64,000 nt of DNA from Azolla caroliniana (Eukaryota > Plantae > Polypodiophyta), in contig JBHGNT010000018.1 in NCBI GenBank assembly GCA_043228905.1, forward strand, positions 17,794,001 to 17,858,000, given 5' to 3'. This document shows positions 11,021 to 23,400 of the stretch, piece after piece (position 1 is the stretch's first letter; every line of letters starts with the position of its first letter). Made by a program: the position numbers and the translations under genes. The notes under the pieces were generated by a model. That model ran no database searches. It had not been told where the DNA came from and saw only the letters and a list, made by a program, of their open reading frames with translations.

Positions 11021-12316
11021 TGTCGCGAAAATACAACGAGGACACGTGAACTTGAGGCAGGACCCCGAGGTCTTCGGCCAGAGAATATCAAATTCGTGTA
11101 TTTATGTACTAAGAATTAACCGAAATAAGAAAGATTGACAAATTTCATTAACAAATAGAATGAAAGATTACAATTAATCCCAAGATGGGATTACAAAAGC
11201 TTAGCTAATGGAGATTGCTAGAGTAATAGATTAGAAGAATTTGAGATATGGATTCGATAGAAAATTACGGTCTTTTGGTTTTGATAAGAGATTATGGTTT
11301 ATGAGTTCCATTAGCTTCCGTATGGAAAATTAGGGTTTTTGAGTGTTATCACTTCGATAAGATAAGGGAGCTAAGAAGGAAAAGAAAATAAAAAATGGAG
11401 AGAGGATCAATATAGGAAAAAAATGGAATATATATGGAGTTCTCCGTTGATCATCGCCTTCAATGTTACTTTGCATGTCCACTTTTAGTTGCATGGCCTC
11501 TGCTTTTAGTTGCATCCATTTTTAGTTGCATGGCTTTTTCTTTTAGTTGCATGCGACCATCCACATGACCTTTACTTTAGTTTACTTTACTTTACTTTAA
11601 TTAGCCACATGATCCTATCATCTGTCCGTCTCGATCGTCGCCGGTTGTCGGATCCGCCCAGTTTCCGACACCATCTGATTGCCGATTTCGCCGGTTCCGA
11701 TTTGCTTACCGGCCGGTTCCGGAATGCTTACTACCAGTTCCGGTTTGCTTACCGGTCGGTTCCAGTTTGCTTACTGACCGGTTCCGGTTTGCTTACCGGC
11801 CAGTTCCGGTTTGCTTTCCGACCAATTCCAGTTTGCTTAGCGATCGATTCCTTTTTGCTTTCCAACTGGTTCCAGTTTGCTTACCAACCAGTTCCGGTTT
11901 GCTTTTCGGCCAGTTCCAGTTTGCTTACCGACCGGTTCTGGTTTGCTTTTCGGCTGGTTCCAGTTAGCTTTCTGGCTAGTTCTAGTTTGGTTTTTTCTTT
12001 TGTAACTTGGCCACATTCATCCATCTAGACAAAGTGGCCAAAGTGCTCTTAGCACAAATGAAAAATGAGGGATCTCAATGTGCTTATATAGCCAGGGCCT
12101 TAAGTTTCCTATCTATGTGGGATAAATCATAGTTCTATTTTCCCTATCTTCTCAAACTCCATGTTCTCATAACTTCCATTTTGTATGTAGTGAAATGTGT
12201 TTTAAAGCTCTTGAGTACATCTATCTTTCTATAACAAGCTACTAATCTAATCTAAAATAATTATTTCATTATTTTTCTACATAGTTTTCATATCGTGTGT
12301 GAAAAACCACATGACA
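11021..12316 (-). mobile_element. E5 lone ~1.3-kb LTR inserted in E3 RT
   Basis: Ends TGTCGCG...CATGACA. It splits the RT frame GITV|DLNKI and has a TATA-like CTATATAAG on the minus strand at ~12084-12092. There is no intact TSD. Confidence 0.65.
11690..11990. repeat. ~22-bp tandem array (ccagttccggtttgcttaccgg) within E5
   Basis: About 13 degenerate copies are visible. Confidence 0.85.
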
Positions 12317-15300
12317 CCGTTATCCCTTCCTTATTGACTATGTGGCCGAGGAGAGCCTCGTTGGTAACGCCGAAGACGCATTTGGCGCGATTCAGGCTTA
12401 AGCGTGCGGTTTGGCAACGCTCCAAGCAAAGCTTTAGATGCGAAAAATGTTCGGTTGTTGTCCCATATACCGCAAAATCGTCTAAAAAGACCTGCATGAA
12501 GGCCGGTATATATTCCCCAAAAATCTCTGTGATTGTCCGTTGAAATGTAGTCGGCGTCGTCTTTAGCCTGAACATCATGACGACTGCGACATAGACGCCC
12601 CAGTCCGTGACGAACGTCGTCTTCTCTTGGTCATCGGGGTGCATGCGTACTTGATTGTATCCACTGAAGCCATCTAAAAATTTGTACATGTCATGCCCTG
12701 CGATGTGTCTAGTACGTTGTCAGTGAACGGTAAAGGGAATGTGTCGGTAATGGTTACGGCGCTCAATTTCCGGTAGTCCACGCATACACGTATTTTGCCA
12801 TTTTTCTTTGGGATCACTACTATCGGGCTTAACCATGTAGCTTGTTTGACTGGTCGAATGAATCCAGCCTTGAGGAGTTTGTCAATTTCTTCTTTTATGT
12901 GAGCCGCGTAGTTTGGGTTCATGCGGTATCGACGTTGCTAGACCAGTTTCGCATCGGCCACTAAATTGATCTTATGTTGATAGAACTTCAGATCCAACCC
13001 CTTCATGTCCTCGTGGGACCAAGCGAACACATCTTTATACCTCATGAGTAGTGCTATTATCGCATCTCTCTGATCCGGCAGTAATTCTTTTGCAATGGAG
13101 AGGAATCGGGGTTCTGACGTCGTACCCATGTTTACTTCTTCTAGGGCTGAGGTATTGACTCATCGTGAAATTTCCATTTCCCTCTCGAACGCTGCCTGTG
13201 CTTTGCTTAGTTCTAATATTGACTCTGGGTCTGGTTCGTAAGCCTCGTCGTGGAGCACAGCGGGCGTGGCATATTCCGTTGCGGCTTCTATGATGTCAAT
13301 TTCGAATAGCAGAATGATTCGGGGGTGCTCGTCTAAGTATACTTTTAATTCCGTATCATCCACCCCATCCAGCATATTTATATCTTCCGCGTATAACGGT
13401 GTGATGCCCTTGGGTTGTGCTGCCATTTCCTCTATTGGTACGTGAACCTTGGTGCGTCCGCGTCGAAAGCTGATGCACTTATGTTGCCAGCTCTGTTTGA
13501 TATTCACTGAACGAAGCCACGGTCTGCCAAGTAGCATAGGATATGCTCCTAGGGCGTCAAGGGCGAGGACCACCGCCGAGACGTCGAAGCGATGTCCTCT
13601 AACGATAATGCCTAACTTGTGTATTAAGCCTAAAGGCCTTACGGAGCGGGTATCCGCCATGCGAAGCCAAAACGGGCAAGCTTCCTATTCTAAAATTCCC
13701 AATTGTTCGCATGTCTTTGCGCTAATTACATTGACGCCAGAGCCGTCGTCGATTACGCATCCTGTGATTTCCTGACCGTGCAATATCAACTTAATAGCCG
13801 GATTGTGGGCATAATGTCCTAGCTGTTGGCAACCAAAGCAATGGACACTAGATTCACCTTTCTCGAAAACTGGTGGTGCGTGTCGATCCCTGAGTGTGAC
13901 TTGCTCCTCCCGGTCCTGATTCATTCTTCTGAGCGTACGCGGTGGTTGTTGTTGGTCCCAGCGCGGTTCCTGGTGCCGGTCATCGCCTGAACTTTCATCA
14001 TACCGTTGTTGGTCCCGATACTGACGATGTTTCCCGTGAGGCCCATTGAAGCCGCCCCGTTTGTTCGTCAGGCGGCAATTCTCGTAGCGTCGGCCTCCTT
14101 TATTATATCTGTGGTTGGCTCGGTAGTCTTCATCCTCCAGTTCTTCTTCTTCGGAATCGTTGTTATTCCGGTGATTCCAGTAGTGCCGGTCATTGCGTGG
14201 GTTCCGATCCGTATACCGGGATCGTTCTTCTTGGCGCCTTTGCTCATTACGGCGAAGGGGGCTCTGTGTTTCCACGCTTCATATTGTGGGCATGGATCTT
14301 TTCAACATATTGTACTCACTCTGCTCGACCGTGTGAGCTTTCAAGTGACAGATTGGGCAGTGAATTTGCATGTTGCATTCAACTGCGGAATGCCCAGAAT
14401 TTAAGCAAATCGTGCACTGGATTGCCTGGTGAAAATGTCGTTCCTCGTCTTGAGGTAACGCTTGTTGTAATGAGGACATGGAAAACCTTTCCTCTTCTTC
14501 GTCCAGCTCAAGTTGTAGCGCTCGTTCTATGACCATATCGGTCGTTTCTCCTTTCACGCTATTGTTGTTGAGCATCATCCGTATCGGTCGTCGTAAAGCT
14601 GCTAGAAATGTCTCCCGAGCCTTCTCCTCCGTTCTAATTTCCGTCGTAGATTTTGGAAGCGTAAACTGAAATCCGCTACAATCTCGGCTGGAAACTGTTT
14701 AATTGTATAAAACTACTCGTGGATTTCGCGTTGCGGCACCCTCCGATGAAAGAAACGCAGAAAGGCCGACTGCAGCTGGTCGAAGGTCGTGATTCCTGGC
14801 AGATCCATCTACGAATGCCAAAACATCGCTCTCCCATCTAGGGTTAATCTGAACTCTATCATTTTGGACTAGTGCGCTACTTCTTCGGAAAGTTTCTGCG
14901 CCATGTGATTTGCATTCTAGACATTTAGGAACAGTCGAATGTGGGTTGCAGCGTCAGTTTTGCCGTTGAAGCGAGGATAAGAGAAGGCCATGCTAGACGC
15001 TACGGCGGGCAAGGAAAGACCACAGTGCTTATGTGGTGAGCGCGCTTCATGCTTGTCGCCGCGGTATTTGGGGAGCGAGAAATCATCTTTGTGGTCTCGA
15101 TAGGTATCACTGAGGTCACTGAGGCGAGGTTTCTGTCGTGCGCGTTCCTCTGTGTGGCATGTGATGGACCGTGTGATTGGTCAGTCTTGTCGTGTTGGTT
15201 CTCTAGGACGTCTGTGGCTAAACATCCATTCGTCATTGTTCTTCTGTGTGGAGACACAGATCACCAAGCGTGCCAAGTCGAAGCATGCTACGGTGTACCA

Positions 15301-15566
15301 ACTTTTGGCCAAAAATTTAGTACTAAATCGGGGAAGAAAATATACATAAAAATTGAAAATAAAACAATTAGTGCAAAAAATAGTGGATTATCAACCATTG
15401 AATGAGGTTCAGGTTCAAATAACAAATTCAATACGAATGTACAAAGATATTATACGTCACAATCGAAGTGTCCCAAGGATGTATTTAATACATTAACTAT
15501 AACTTCATTCTCCTAGGTAGAGTTGTACAAAGCAGACTTGGAGAAGGTTTCGAATGTGTTAGTTGG

Positions 15567-15570
<4 letters not shown>

Positions 15571-15632
<62 letters not shown>
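15571..15632. repeat. (TC)n microsatellite
   Basis: About 31 TC units. Confidence 0.95.
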
Positions 15633-15636
<4 letters not shown>

Positions 15637-16755
15637 ATCTCTCTTCTATCTCAAAGTTGTCAATCAGACAATGGCAGAAAGTTAGAAATCAAAACACATA
15701 TCTACTCTCTCTCTTTCTCTCTTGCTCTCTCTCACTTCACCTTCGATTTTCTATTTCCCCGCGTAATTCTTGTTGTGTTCCCTTTGTGCCTGATTTTTGT
15801 TGTTGTTTCCCTACGATCTCTGAACTCTGTATATGTAGAGATTGTTGTTTCCCCTCTATGCTCATTGTTCTTGTTGTTGATGTGCTTTCTCTGTGTATGC
15901 TCGTTTGTCTGCTCTGCAGTAGCCTCATCAACAACCTCTTGCATATAGGTGATTTTCTCAGCTTGGTGTGCTCCCAAGGTGAAGAAATCAACACGGTGTG
16001 GTACCTCTGCCTTGACCTTGGCTCCATCTACCTTCGACCCATGGTTCCATCTGCAACTTGTATGACCTCCAGGTATTCTCTGTGCTGCATTTTTAGGGTT
16101 TGATAAATCATATTCGATGTGTTGCATGCCCAACTGGTATATTTTCGTTTTCTTTCTGTTTCCTATCCGTGTGTTTTTATTTTGTGTGTGTTTGACATGG
16201 ATGAGTTTTTTTCCGACTATTTAGGGTTAAAGTGTGTTTGACATGGCTTGTACATGCAACTTAGATTGAGTTGGCTATGATGATTTGCTGGTTGTTGATA
16301 GTATTTTGATGAGTTTTCTTCTTGTACATGCATATTCTTTCAACAAGAATAGTGAAGACTAGGACAATGACGAGAAGGACACCCATAAAGAAGACATTGG
16401 TGAAAGAGAAAGAGAAGACACCAGTGAAGGAAAGAAAAAGGACACCTATAAAAGAAAGCAAGAAGACACCCACAAGAGAAAGGGTGATGAACTCATCAAC
16501 TCAGAGAAAGAAGATGTGCCACTCCATCATTCGAGACACATCTCTCGGATGGAGTTATATCCTCGAGCACGACCTGAGGTTTATGAAGAGCTGAGAGAGT
16601 GGTTGATAAAAACTTGGGAGTCACCACATCCGGTACAAGGCGAGGATTCCACATAAGTGGATTGAAGAAGGAATATGTGAACTTATTGAAGACGAGATAT
16701 GAACATGTTTATGATAGTAATCAAATTTGTAACAATGAGGTGGGTACTGTTTTTG

Positions 16756-17191
16756 TGTTAACTCTTAGGGCCGGACAATGGCCTAACACAAGGTGTCTAC
16801 GGAAGACACTTCCCCAAAGGGTGTTACGGCAACCGGATTAGACTTCAACGCTTAATCCTACTTGATTAAGTTACTTATTATGATCGTCTTTCATAACACA
16901 CGCGTAAGATATAACAATTAAGATAGAACGGCAATTAACACAAAGAGATAACAACGCTTAAGCTTTCATTAATTAACCGCTCCTGATTACATTGTATCCA
17001 GCCTTTTAAATAGGTTTCCGGTCTGTATTACAAAACGGTGCCATCCGCACCTGTTCGGGATCGGTCCGGATCCGGAACGGCATACCGTTTCCGGTCCGTC
17101 CGTCCACACTCATAGCTTAATTACAACCACGTTCCTACTACTTAAATAACTCTCCATTTCCCACTCTAGACTCCTTTGCCGGCCGGTAACA
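16756..17191 (-). repeat. E7 3' LTR
   Basis: TGTTAAC...GGTAACA; direct repeat of 26041-26476. Confidence 0.97.
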
Positions 17192-17193
17192 CA

Positions 17194-17235
17194 TGGCACG
17201 CCCGTGGGACAGTACCTTGTACGTCGAATCCACAA
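17194..17235 (+). promoter_or_regulatory. E7 second (antisense) PBS-like site at the PPT position
   Basis: TGGCACGCCCGTGGGAC (17194-17210), a 13-nt spacer, then TCGAATCCACAA (17224-17235). No purine tract on the element sense strand here. Confidence 0.75.
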
Positions 17236-17245
17236 CCGACACTTG

Positions 17246-20244
17246 CTATTCTTCGTCCAAAATGTCCAAAATGCTTTGTTCGAGAGGCTCCAATGGTTCA
17301 TCTGGAAGTGGTTGTTGTTGTTGTTGTTGTTGCTGCTCTATTGCTGTCTGCTGCAGCGGGTCCGTTGGTGGTTGCTGCGGCTGCTCCTCCGTTTGTGGCT
17401 CTGACACCGGCGTCTCCGTCGTTGCTCCCTGCGTCGTAGTGGTCTCCAGTTGACTGGTTCCCGGCTGGCCCTCAGTCGGCGACGGTTCCTCATCACTAAG
17501 GTTAACCGTTGCCGCTTCCCGTGCTTTTTCTTCCCGAACCCGGGACCGCTCATAGCTTTCAAACTGGATTTGAGCGTCCAGCCTATCATCGTCTAGCTGA
17601 GCTACGAGCTGCCTGACCTGCGCCAGCTGTTCATCTGCCAGGACTTGGAAGTCGTCGGCCAGCTCGTCCCGTATGGCGGTAAAGTCCTCGGAAGTCAACG
17701 TATAACAATCATCTCCTTCCTTCCGCCGATTTGCCACATCTGCCCGTAGCAACTGGAGTTCCGCCGCGTTTTGTGCCCACTTTGTCCACCATTTTACGGA
17801 GCTTTCATCAATCAAGTGTTTTGTCTGATTCAGCCATGCCCGGAGGATGGACTGAATCCGGCTCGTTCCCAATTGCGATTTGGTTTCCGCCACTTGCCGT
17901 TCCTCCTTCAGTTGTTTGATGATTTTGACGTCCTCCTCCGCCTACGCCTTGTAATGCGTCAATTGCCTTTGATATGTGCTTTGTAATTTCTGCAATACTG
18001 TTGACGCTCTCTTTTTGTCTTCCTGCTGCTGCCTCTGGAGCTCCATCCGGACCTTCTTCGCCTCGTCCAAGCGTCTTGTATTTTCCGCTCATTCGTCGGT
18101 GATCGCTGTCGCGGCCCGATCAACTGCCTGCTGGAGCTCGGCCATCCGTTCTTTATGCTCCGTTTCCAGCCGTTTGTAGTCCCGGTGCAGGTGCTCAAAA
18201 TCATCCGTCTTTTGCTTGAGCCGTGCGTTGATCTGACGACGGGCCCGGTCCTCGCGGTCCTTCTGCTGGCGGAGCTCTTCCTTTAGCCATTCAATCTCTG
18301 TTTCCGTCGTTTTCCGCAGCTTGTCCTTTTCCTGCAGCACTTTGTCTTTCTCCTCCTTTAGCCGGTCGTATGCTTGATGGCCTTTCCGGAGGCTCTCCTC
18401 TGCCCGGCGAAGGTTCTCAGCAGTCTTCTTTAATTCAGCTTCGGCCGCCGTCTTCAATTCTCGTTCATGGTTCCTTAGCGCTTCTTGTGCGGCAAGTTCA
18501 TCTCTCAATTTCGCAAGCTCCTGGGCTTGCGCCGTATCTCTCGCCGGAACGGTTTCCGTTGTCGGGGTCTTATTGCTATGTACAGGTCGTTCCGTTTCTT
18601 TATTCTGTACACTTACCGGAGTCACCGGTGATTGGATCTGTGTTGCCGTTAAGGCCATTTTGGCCATCTCTGTCGTGACCTGATCCAAGTCTTTTTCAAG
18701 GCACCAGATTCTAGACCGGGCCGTCTCTAGTTGTTCGGTTGTGACGAGCAACCGTTTGCTTTGCGCTCTTTCTTCCGCCTCAATATACCCCACTGCTCCG
18801 GCTATCTGTTCGCCTATCCACTGGAGCCAAAGGCTACCGGTGCCTTGTTGTGCTTGCACGGAGGTTTGACAGATGGGCTCACTTGTAGAGGGGTGGTCCC
18901 GCCTGGTTGCGCCGAGTTGCAGTTCCGTTTCTGCCTGTGGACCACCCTGTTGTCCTGGTTCCCCTTGCGCTTCTTCTTGGCTGACCGAGGGAGGCTACAT
19001 GGACCTTTTCGCCTCTAGCGGGATGGGACTTGCCGGTGTGGCCGGTGGTGCCGAGGCTTCTGTTTCCGGTGCCATATGCACCGGTTCCGGTTCCTTCCTT
19101 GGCGTGGGAGTCTCACTAAGGGGAGCTGGTGTTCCCTCCGTCTGAGGGTCCGAACGTTTCCCGGCTATCTCAACGGTCCTTGCCAACGACCGTCGCTGGA
19201 GGTGCTCCGTAGGCTCCTCCTCTATTTCCTCCTCCTGAGCTCCGGCATTGAGTTTTACCGCCAAGGGGTCCGCTTCTCTGTTCACCGGTCGGCGGAGTGT
19301 GACCTTTACGGGCCGTGTCGGTGGTTCCTCCTGCGTCTCCGTTGGGCGCTTTCAGCTGCCGCCTATTCTGCATCCGCCGCCTTTCCCTTAGTGGCCTTAG
19401 AGGCCAACAGCTGTTGCCGTTTGGAAGCCGTCCTTGGGGTGTCGTCCGCCACTCTTCCTCGCTTCTTGGGCTGAACGGGCTGGACGGGTGGCACAAGCAA
19501 GGTGAGCCACTGCGTTACGGCGTGCCATATCCTCCGTCCGTCTCGGCCTTCTTTACCGTCTTTGCCTCTGACGATCTCGATCGCCGCACACAACCCGTCT
19601 ACGATCAATACCGGCCAATCCACCTTGATCCCTTCATAGGTGGCGATGATCATCCCTGCCCGGTTCTGCGGCATGACAGGGGGTCTAGGGTACACATGGC
19701 TGTATTCATGGAGCACACGAGCAATTTTGCGGAATAGCATATCTCCGCCGCCCTGTGTCCGGTAGCCCTTGCTGGCTAGAGAGTACTCACCAAAATACCT
19801 AATGAGTTGCTCCGGGGTTGGATTGTCGATCGTGAGTATGCCTCCCTCCGGAAGGCCTGTTAACGCTCGAATCGCCTCTGCCGTTATGACCTCTGTATCG
19901 ATTTCCTTGATCACTTTGTCGGCTTCTTTGTGTGGCGGTACTTCCATCATCATCAAGAAGCCCTCGAGCCCGTGTTGCTTCAGCCATGTCTTGGCAGCTT
20001 CCGACAGCGTTTGCGGGTCCATGTCTGTGTCGAGGTCGGATGGCAGTGGCGAGGTTGGATGGTGATGAGAGTGAGGTTGAGAAAGAGAGAGTTCAGAAGG
20101 CATGGGTTCTCTGTGTGCAGGTTCTCGTCTGATGATCTTGCAGCGTCTTGGTGCTTCTGTGCTCCTGGGTTCGCGAAAGTAGAGGGTCTCTACGCGTAGT
20201 GGTTTTTGTCTGTGCATTCTGGCGCCTTTTTCGAGTGTGTGCAT
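17246..20244 (-). pseudogene. E7 extra 3' ORF downstream of integrase (sense orientation), fragmented
   Basis: ORFs 19363-20244, 18995-19285, 18089-18859, 17959-18204 and 17246-17893, with a long coiled coil and a poly-Q tail. Homologous to E3 2780-5388. Confidence 0.75.
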
Positions 20245-20400
20245 GTCATGTACTAAAATAGCATTATGTCCTGTGGTGGCGCTTTAAATGCCCACTACGT
20301 ACCTTTTCGCTCCTCGCTCTTTCATCCATTCATTCCTCGCTTTTGCATGATTGTTTTTTTTTTTTTTTTTTTTAAAGTTATTATTATTATTAGTGTGACG

Positions 20401-23400
20401 TCACTTGTCCGTTGGTCCTCTCGGACCCTTACCGGCCTCATTCTCCCCAGTTACCGGCTCGCCTTCTCTGTTGTCTTGGTGGTTGCCGTTTCCCTCACTG
20501 GTGTCGGTCCTTTGCTCAAATGGGTTCTTAGGCATCGGTCCTCTATATGCCTTCAACCGGAATCCGTTGACCCATTTGCCTAGCACCTCGCCGGCAAGTG
20601 TCCCTAACTGGTAGGACCCATTATACTCCCGTGTTAGCCAATACGGTCCAGTCCATCTAAACCGTAGTTTACCCGGCATCTTGCCCATCCGGGTTTGGAA
20701 TACTAACACCGGTTTGCCGATTGCGAACATTTTTTCGTTACCTTTCCTGTGTCGGTCGACAAATGCTTTCCGTCGCCGTTGCTCCAATTCTAAATGTAGG
20801 ATGCTGGCCAGTCGTTGTTCCTCGAGCTCACACAGCGCTATCAACCGTATTGCCTCCGACTCCTTCTCGTTCAGCCGTTCCCGTAGCTGGATCCGTAAGC
20901 TGGGTACTTGGAATTCTACCGGCATGACCGCCTCTAGTCCGAACGCTAACCGGAACGGTGTTGTTCGGATGCTCGTTTTGTATGCCATCCAGTATGCCCA
21001 AAGCGCGCTATGTAGCTTTGTGTCCCAATCCGTCCGGTTTTCGTTGACGGTCTTCCGGAGGATATTCTGGAGCGTCTTGTTTGTTGATTCCGCTAAACCG
21101 TTCGCCTATGGATAGTAAGGTGTGCTCCGTTTGTGGACAACGGCATAGAATGTCGTCATGCTTTCCACTAGTTGGCCGAGAAAGTGCCCCCCTTGGTCAC
21201 TTATTAATTCAATTGGGCATCCGTAACGGCACCAGATGTACTCATATAGAAACTTCGCCGTTGACGCAGCGGTGTTATCCCGTAAAGCTTTGGCCTCCAC
21301 CCATTTCGTGCAGTAATCCGTAGCAACGATAACGTACCGATTACCCGTTCTCATTGCCGGTGGCTTGAACGGTCCTACAAAGTCCAGTCCCTACTTTTGG
21401 AATGGCTCAAGTGGTAGTACCAACTGGTGTGGCATACGAGCTTGCTCCGTTGGCTGGCCCATTCTCTGGCATAGGTCACATTCTTTTGCGTACCGTATCG
21501 CATCTCTTAATGTCGTTGGCCACCATAGGCCACTTTGCCATATTTTTCTGGCCGTCGCATCTCCGGCATAGTGACCGCCGGCAACTCCGCAGTGGGCTTC
21601 CCTCAGTATCAGTTCCTTTTCATCGCTGCGCACCGCTCGTCTCCATATGCCGTCCGCGCCCTTGTGGTACAGTGTGTCTTGCAGTAAGCAGAAATGTCGT
21701 CTTTGCACCGCCAGGAGTTTCCGTTCGTCCCGGTTCATCTCTTCCAGAGGCAATCCTGTGCTCAGAAATTGGTGCATATTTGTTAGCCATTTGTCTTCCT
21801 GTGCCACCATCTCATCTGTTGCCGTCTCCGTAGTGACTCGAAACAGCTCTGCATCCGGAAACTCATCCGCTACTCCGTCCCCCGTCTCTCCGGACTCTAA
21901 TCGGCTTAAGTAATCCGCCACGGCATGCTGTATACCGGGTCTGTGGAATATTTCAAACTCGAACTCCTATAACAGTAAGGTCCACCGAGCCAATTTGCCG
22001 GTGAGTGACGCTTTGGACACCAAGTAAAGGAGTGCCGAATGATCTACATGGAAGGAAAACTTCCTTCCCAATAAGTAATGCCGAAACTTTGTCACACTGT
22101 AGATCATCCCTAGAGCTTCCCGTTCCGTAGTAGAGTAGTTCCGTTCTGCTTGGGATAGCTTCTGGCTAGCATAGTACACTGGCCGGTACCACTTTGGTTC
22201 CGTAAGCTGCATCAGTACGCTTCTGATTGCGATGTCGGAGGCGTCCACGAACACATGAAATTCTTTACTCCAATCCGGAGGTTGTACTACCGGTGCCTGC
22301 GACAATAGTACCTTGAGGGCCCTATACGCTCTATCCTCGGTGTTGGTCCACTGGAATGGTGTCCGATGTACGGCGGCATGCAACGGTGTAGCCAGGTCGG
22401 CCAAGTATCGGAGCATCCGGCTGTGCCACCGGATCTGGCCTAAGAACCGGCTTAATGCCTTTGCCGTTACCGGCGCCGGTGCTTCTAATATGGCTTTCAC
22501 TTTGTCCGGGTCGACTGCAATACCTTCCTGGCTCACAATATGTCCTAATAAAGTTCCACTGGACACGCCAAATACACACTTTGCCGGATTCAAGCTTAGC
22601 CGGTACGCTCTACACTTTTCTAGACAAAGACGGAGGTGCTGACAATGGTCCTCCTCCCGGCTATAGACGGCGAAATCGTCAAGGAAAACCTGCATAAAAG
22701 CCGGTATATATTCACCAAATATTTCCATGATGATTCGTTGAAATGCTGTCGGTGCCGTTTTGAGTCCGAACATCATCACTACGGCCACAAACACCCCCCA
22801 TTCGGTGACGAATGTCGTTTTCTCTTGGTCGTCAGGGTGCATCCGGATCTGATTATACCCGTTGAATCCGTCTAGGAAGCTATAGACCTCATGGCCGGCG
22901 ACGGCATCCAACACTCCATCTGTGAACGGAAGTGGAAACGCATCCGTTACCATAGCCGCATTGAGTTTCCGGTAGTCCACGCAAACTCGAATTTTTCCGT
23001 TCTTCTTCGGTACGACTACGATCAGGCTCAGCCATGTCGCTTTCTTTACCGGACGGATAAAGTCCACTCTTAGTAGTTTGTTGATTTCCTCCTTGACTTT
23101 GGCGGCATAATTGGGATTCATCCGTACCGTCTTTGTGCCACTGGTTTTGCGTCCTTGCTCAAGTGCACTTGATGCTGGTATAACTGAGGGTCGAGTCCTC
23201 GCATATCTTCGTATGACCAGGCGAACACATCGCGGAATTCCGTGAGAAGTGTGATCATCGTCGTTTTGTCTTCGGACTTCATCTCCGTGGCGATGTGCAC
23301 CGGTTTTGCTTCGTCCGTGGTGCCTAGGTTCACCTCTTCCAGTTGCGACGCTTTCACGCGCTGTGAAATGGCCATTTCCCATTCCAACGCTTCCTGCGCT

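Larger units (their letters stand above)
10418..15270 (-). pseudogene. E3 gag-protease-RT-RNase H, degenerate, interrupted by E5
   Basis: Zn knuckles CTICLNSGHSAVEC and CFGCQQLGHYA; protease VIDDGSGVNVI; RT FLDGFSGYNQV and VFLDDFAVY; RNase H VFMDASDIAIG and NYSTTEREAL. Confidence 0.9.

Noticed and set aside
15523-16133. Hydrophobic ORFs as membrane proteins
   Set aside because: Produced by the (TC)n microsatellite and pyrimidine-rich leader sequence.
17194-17235. A tRNA gene or tRNA-derived SINE next to the E7 LTR
   Set aside because: Only the 3' ~30 nt match, split by a spacer and including CCA. There is no D-arm, anticodon arm or A box, so it is treated as a priming-site-like motif.
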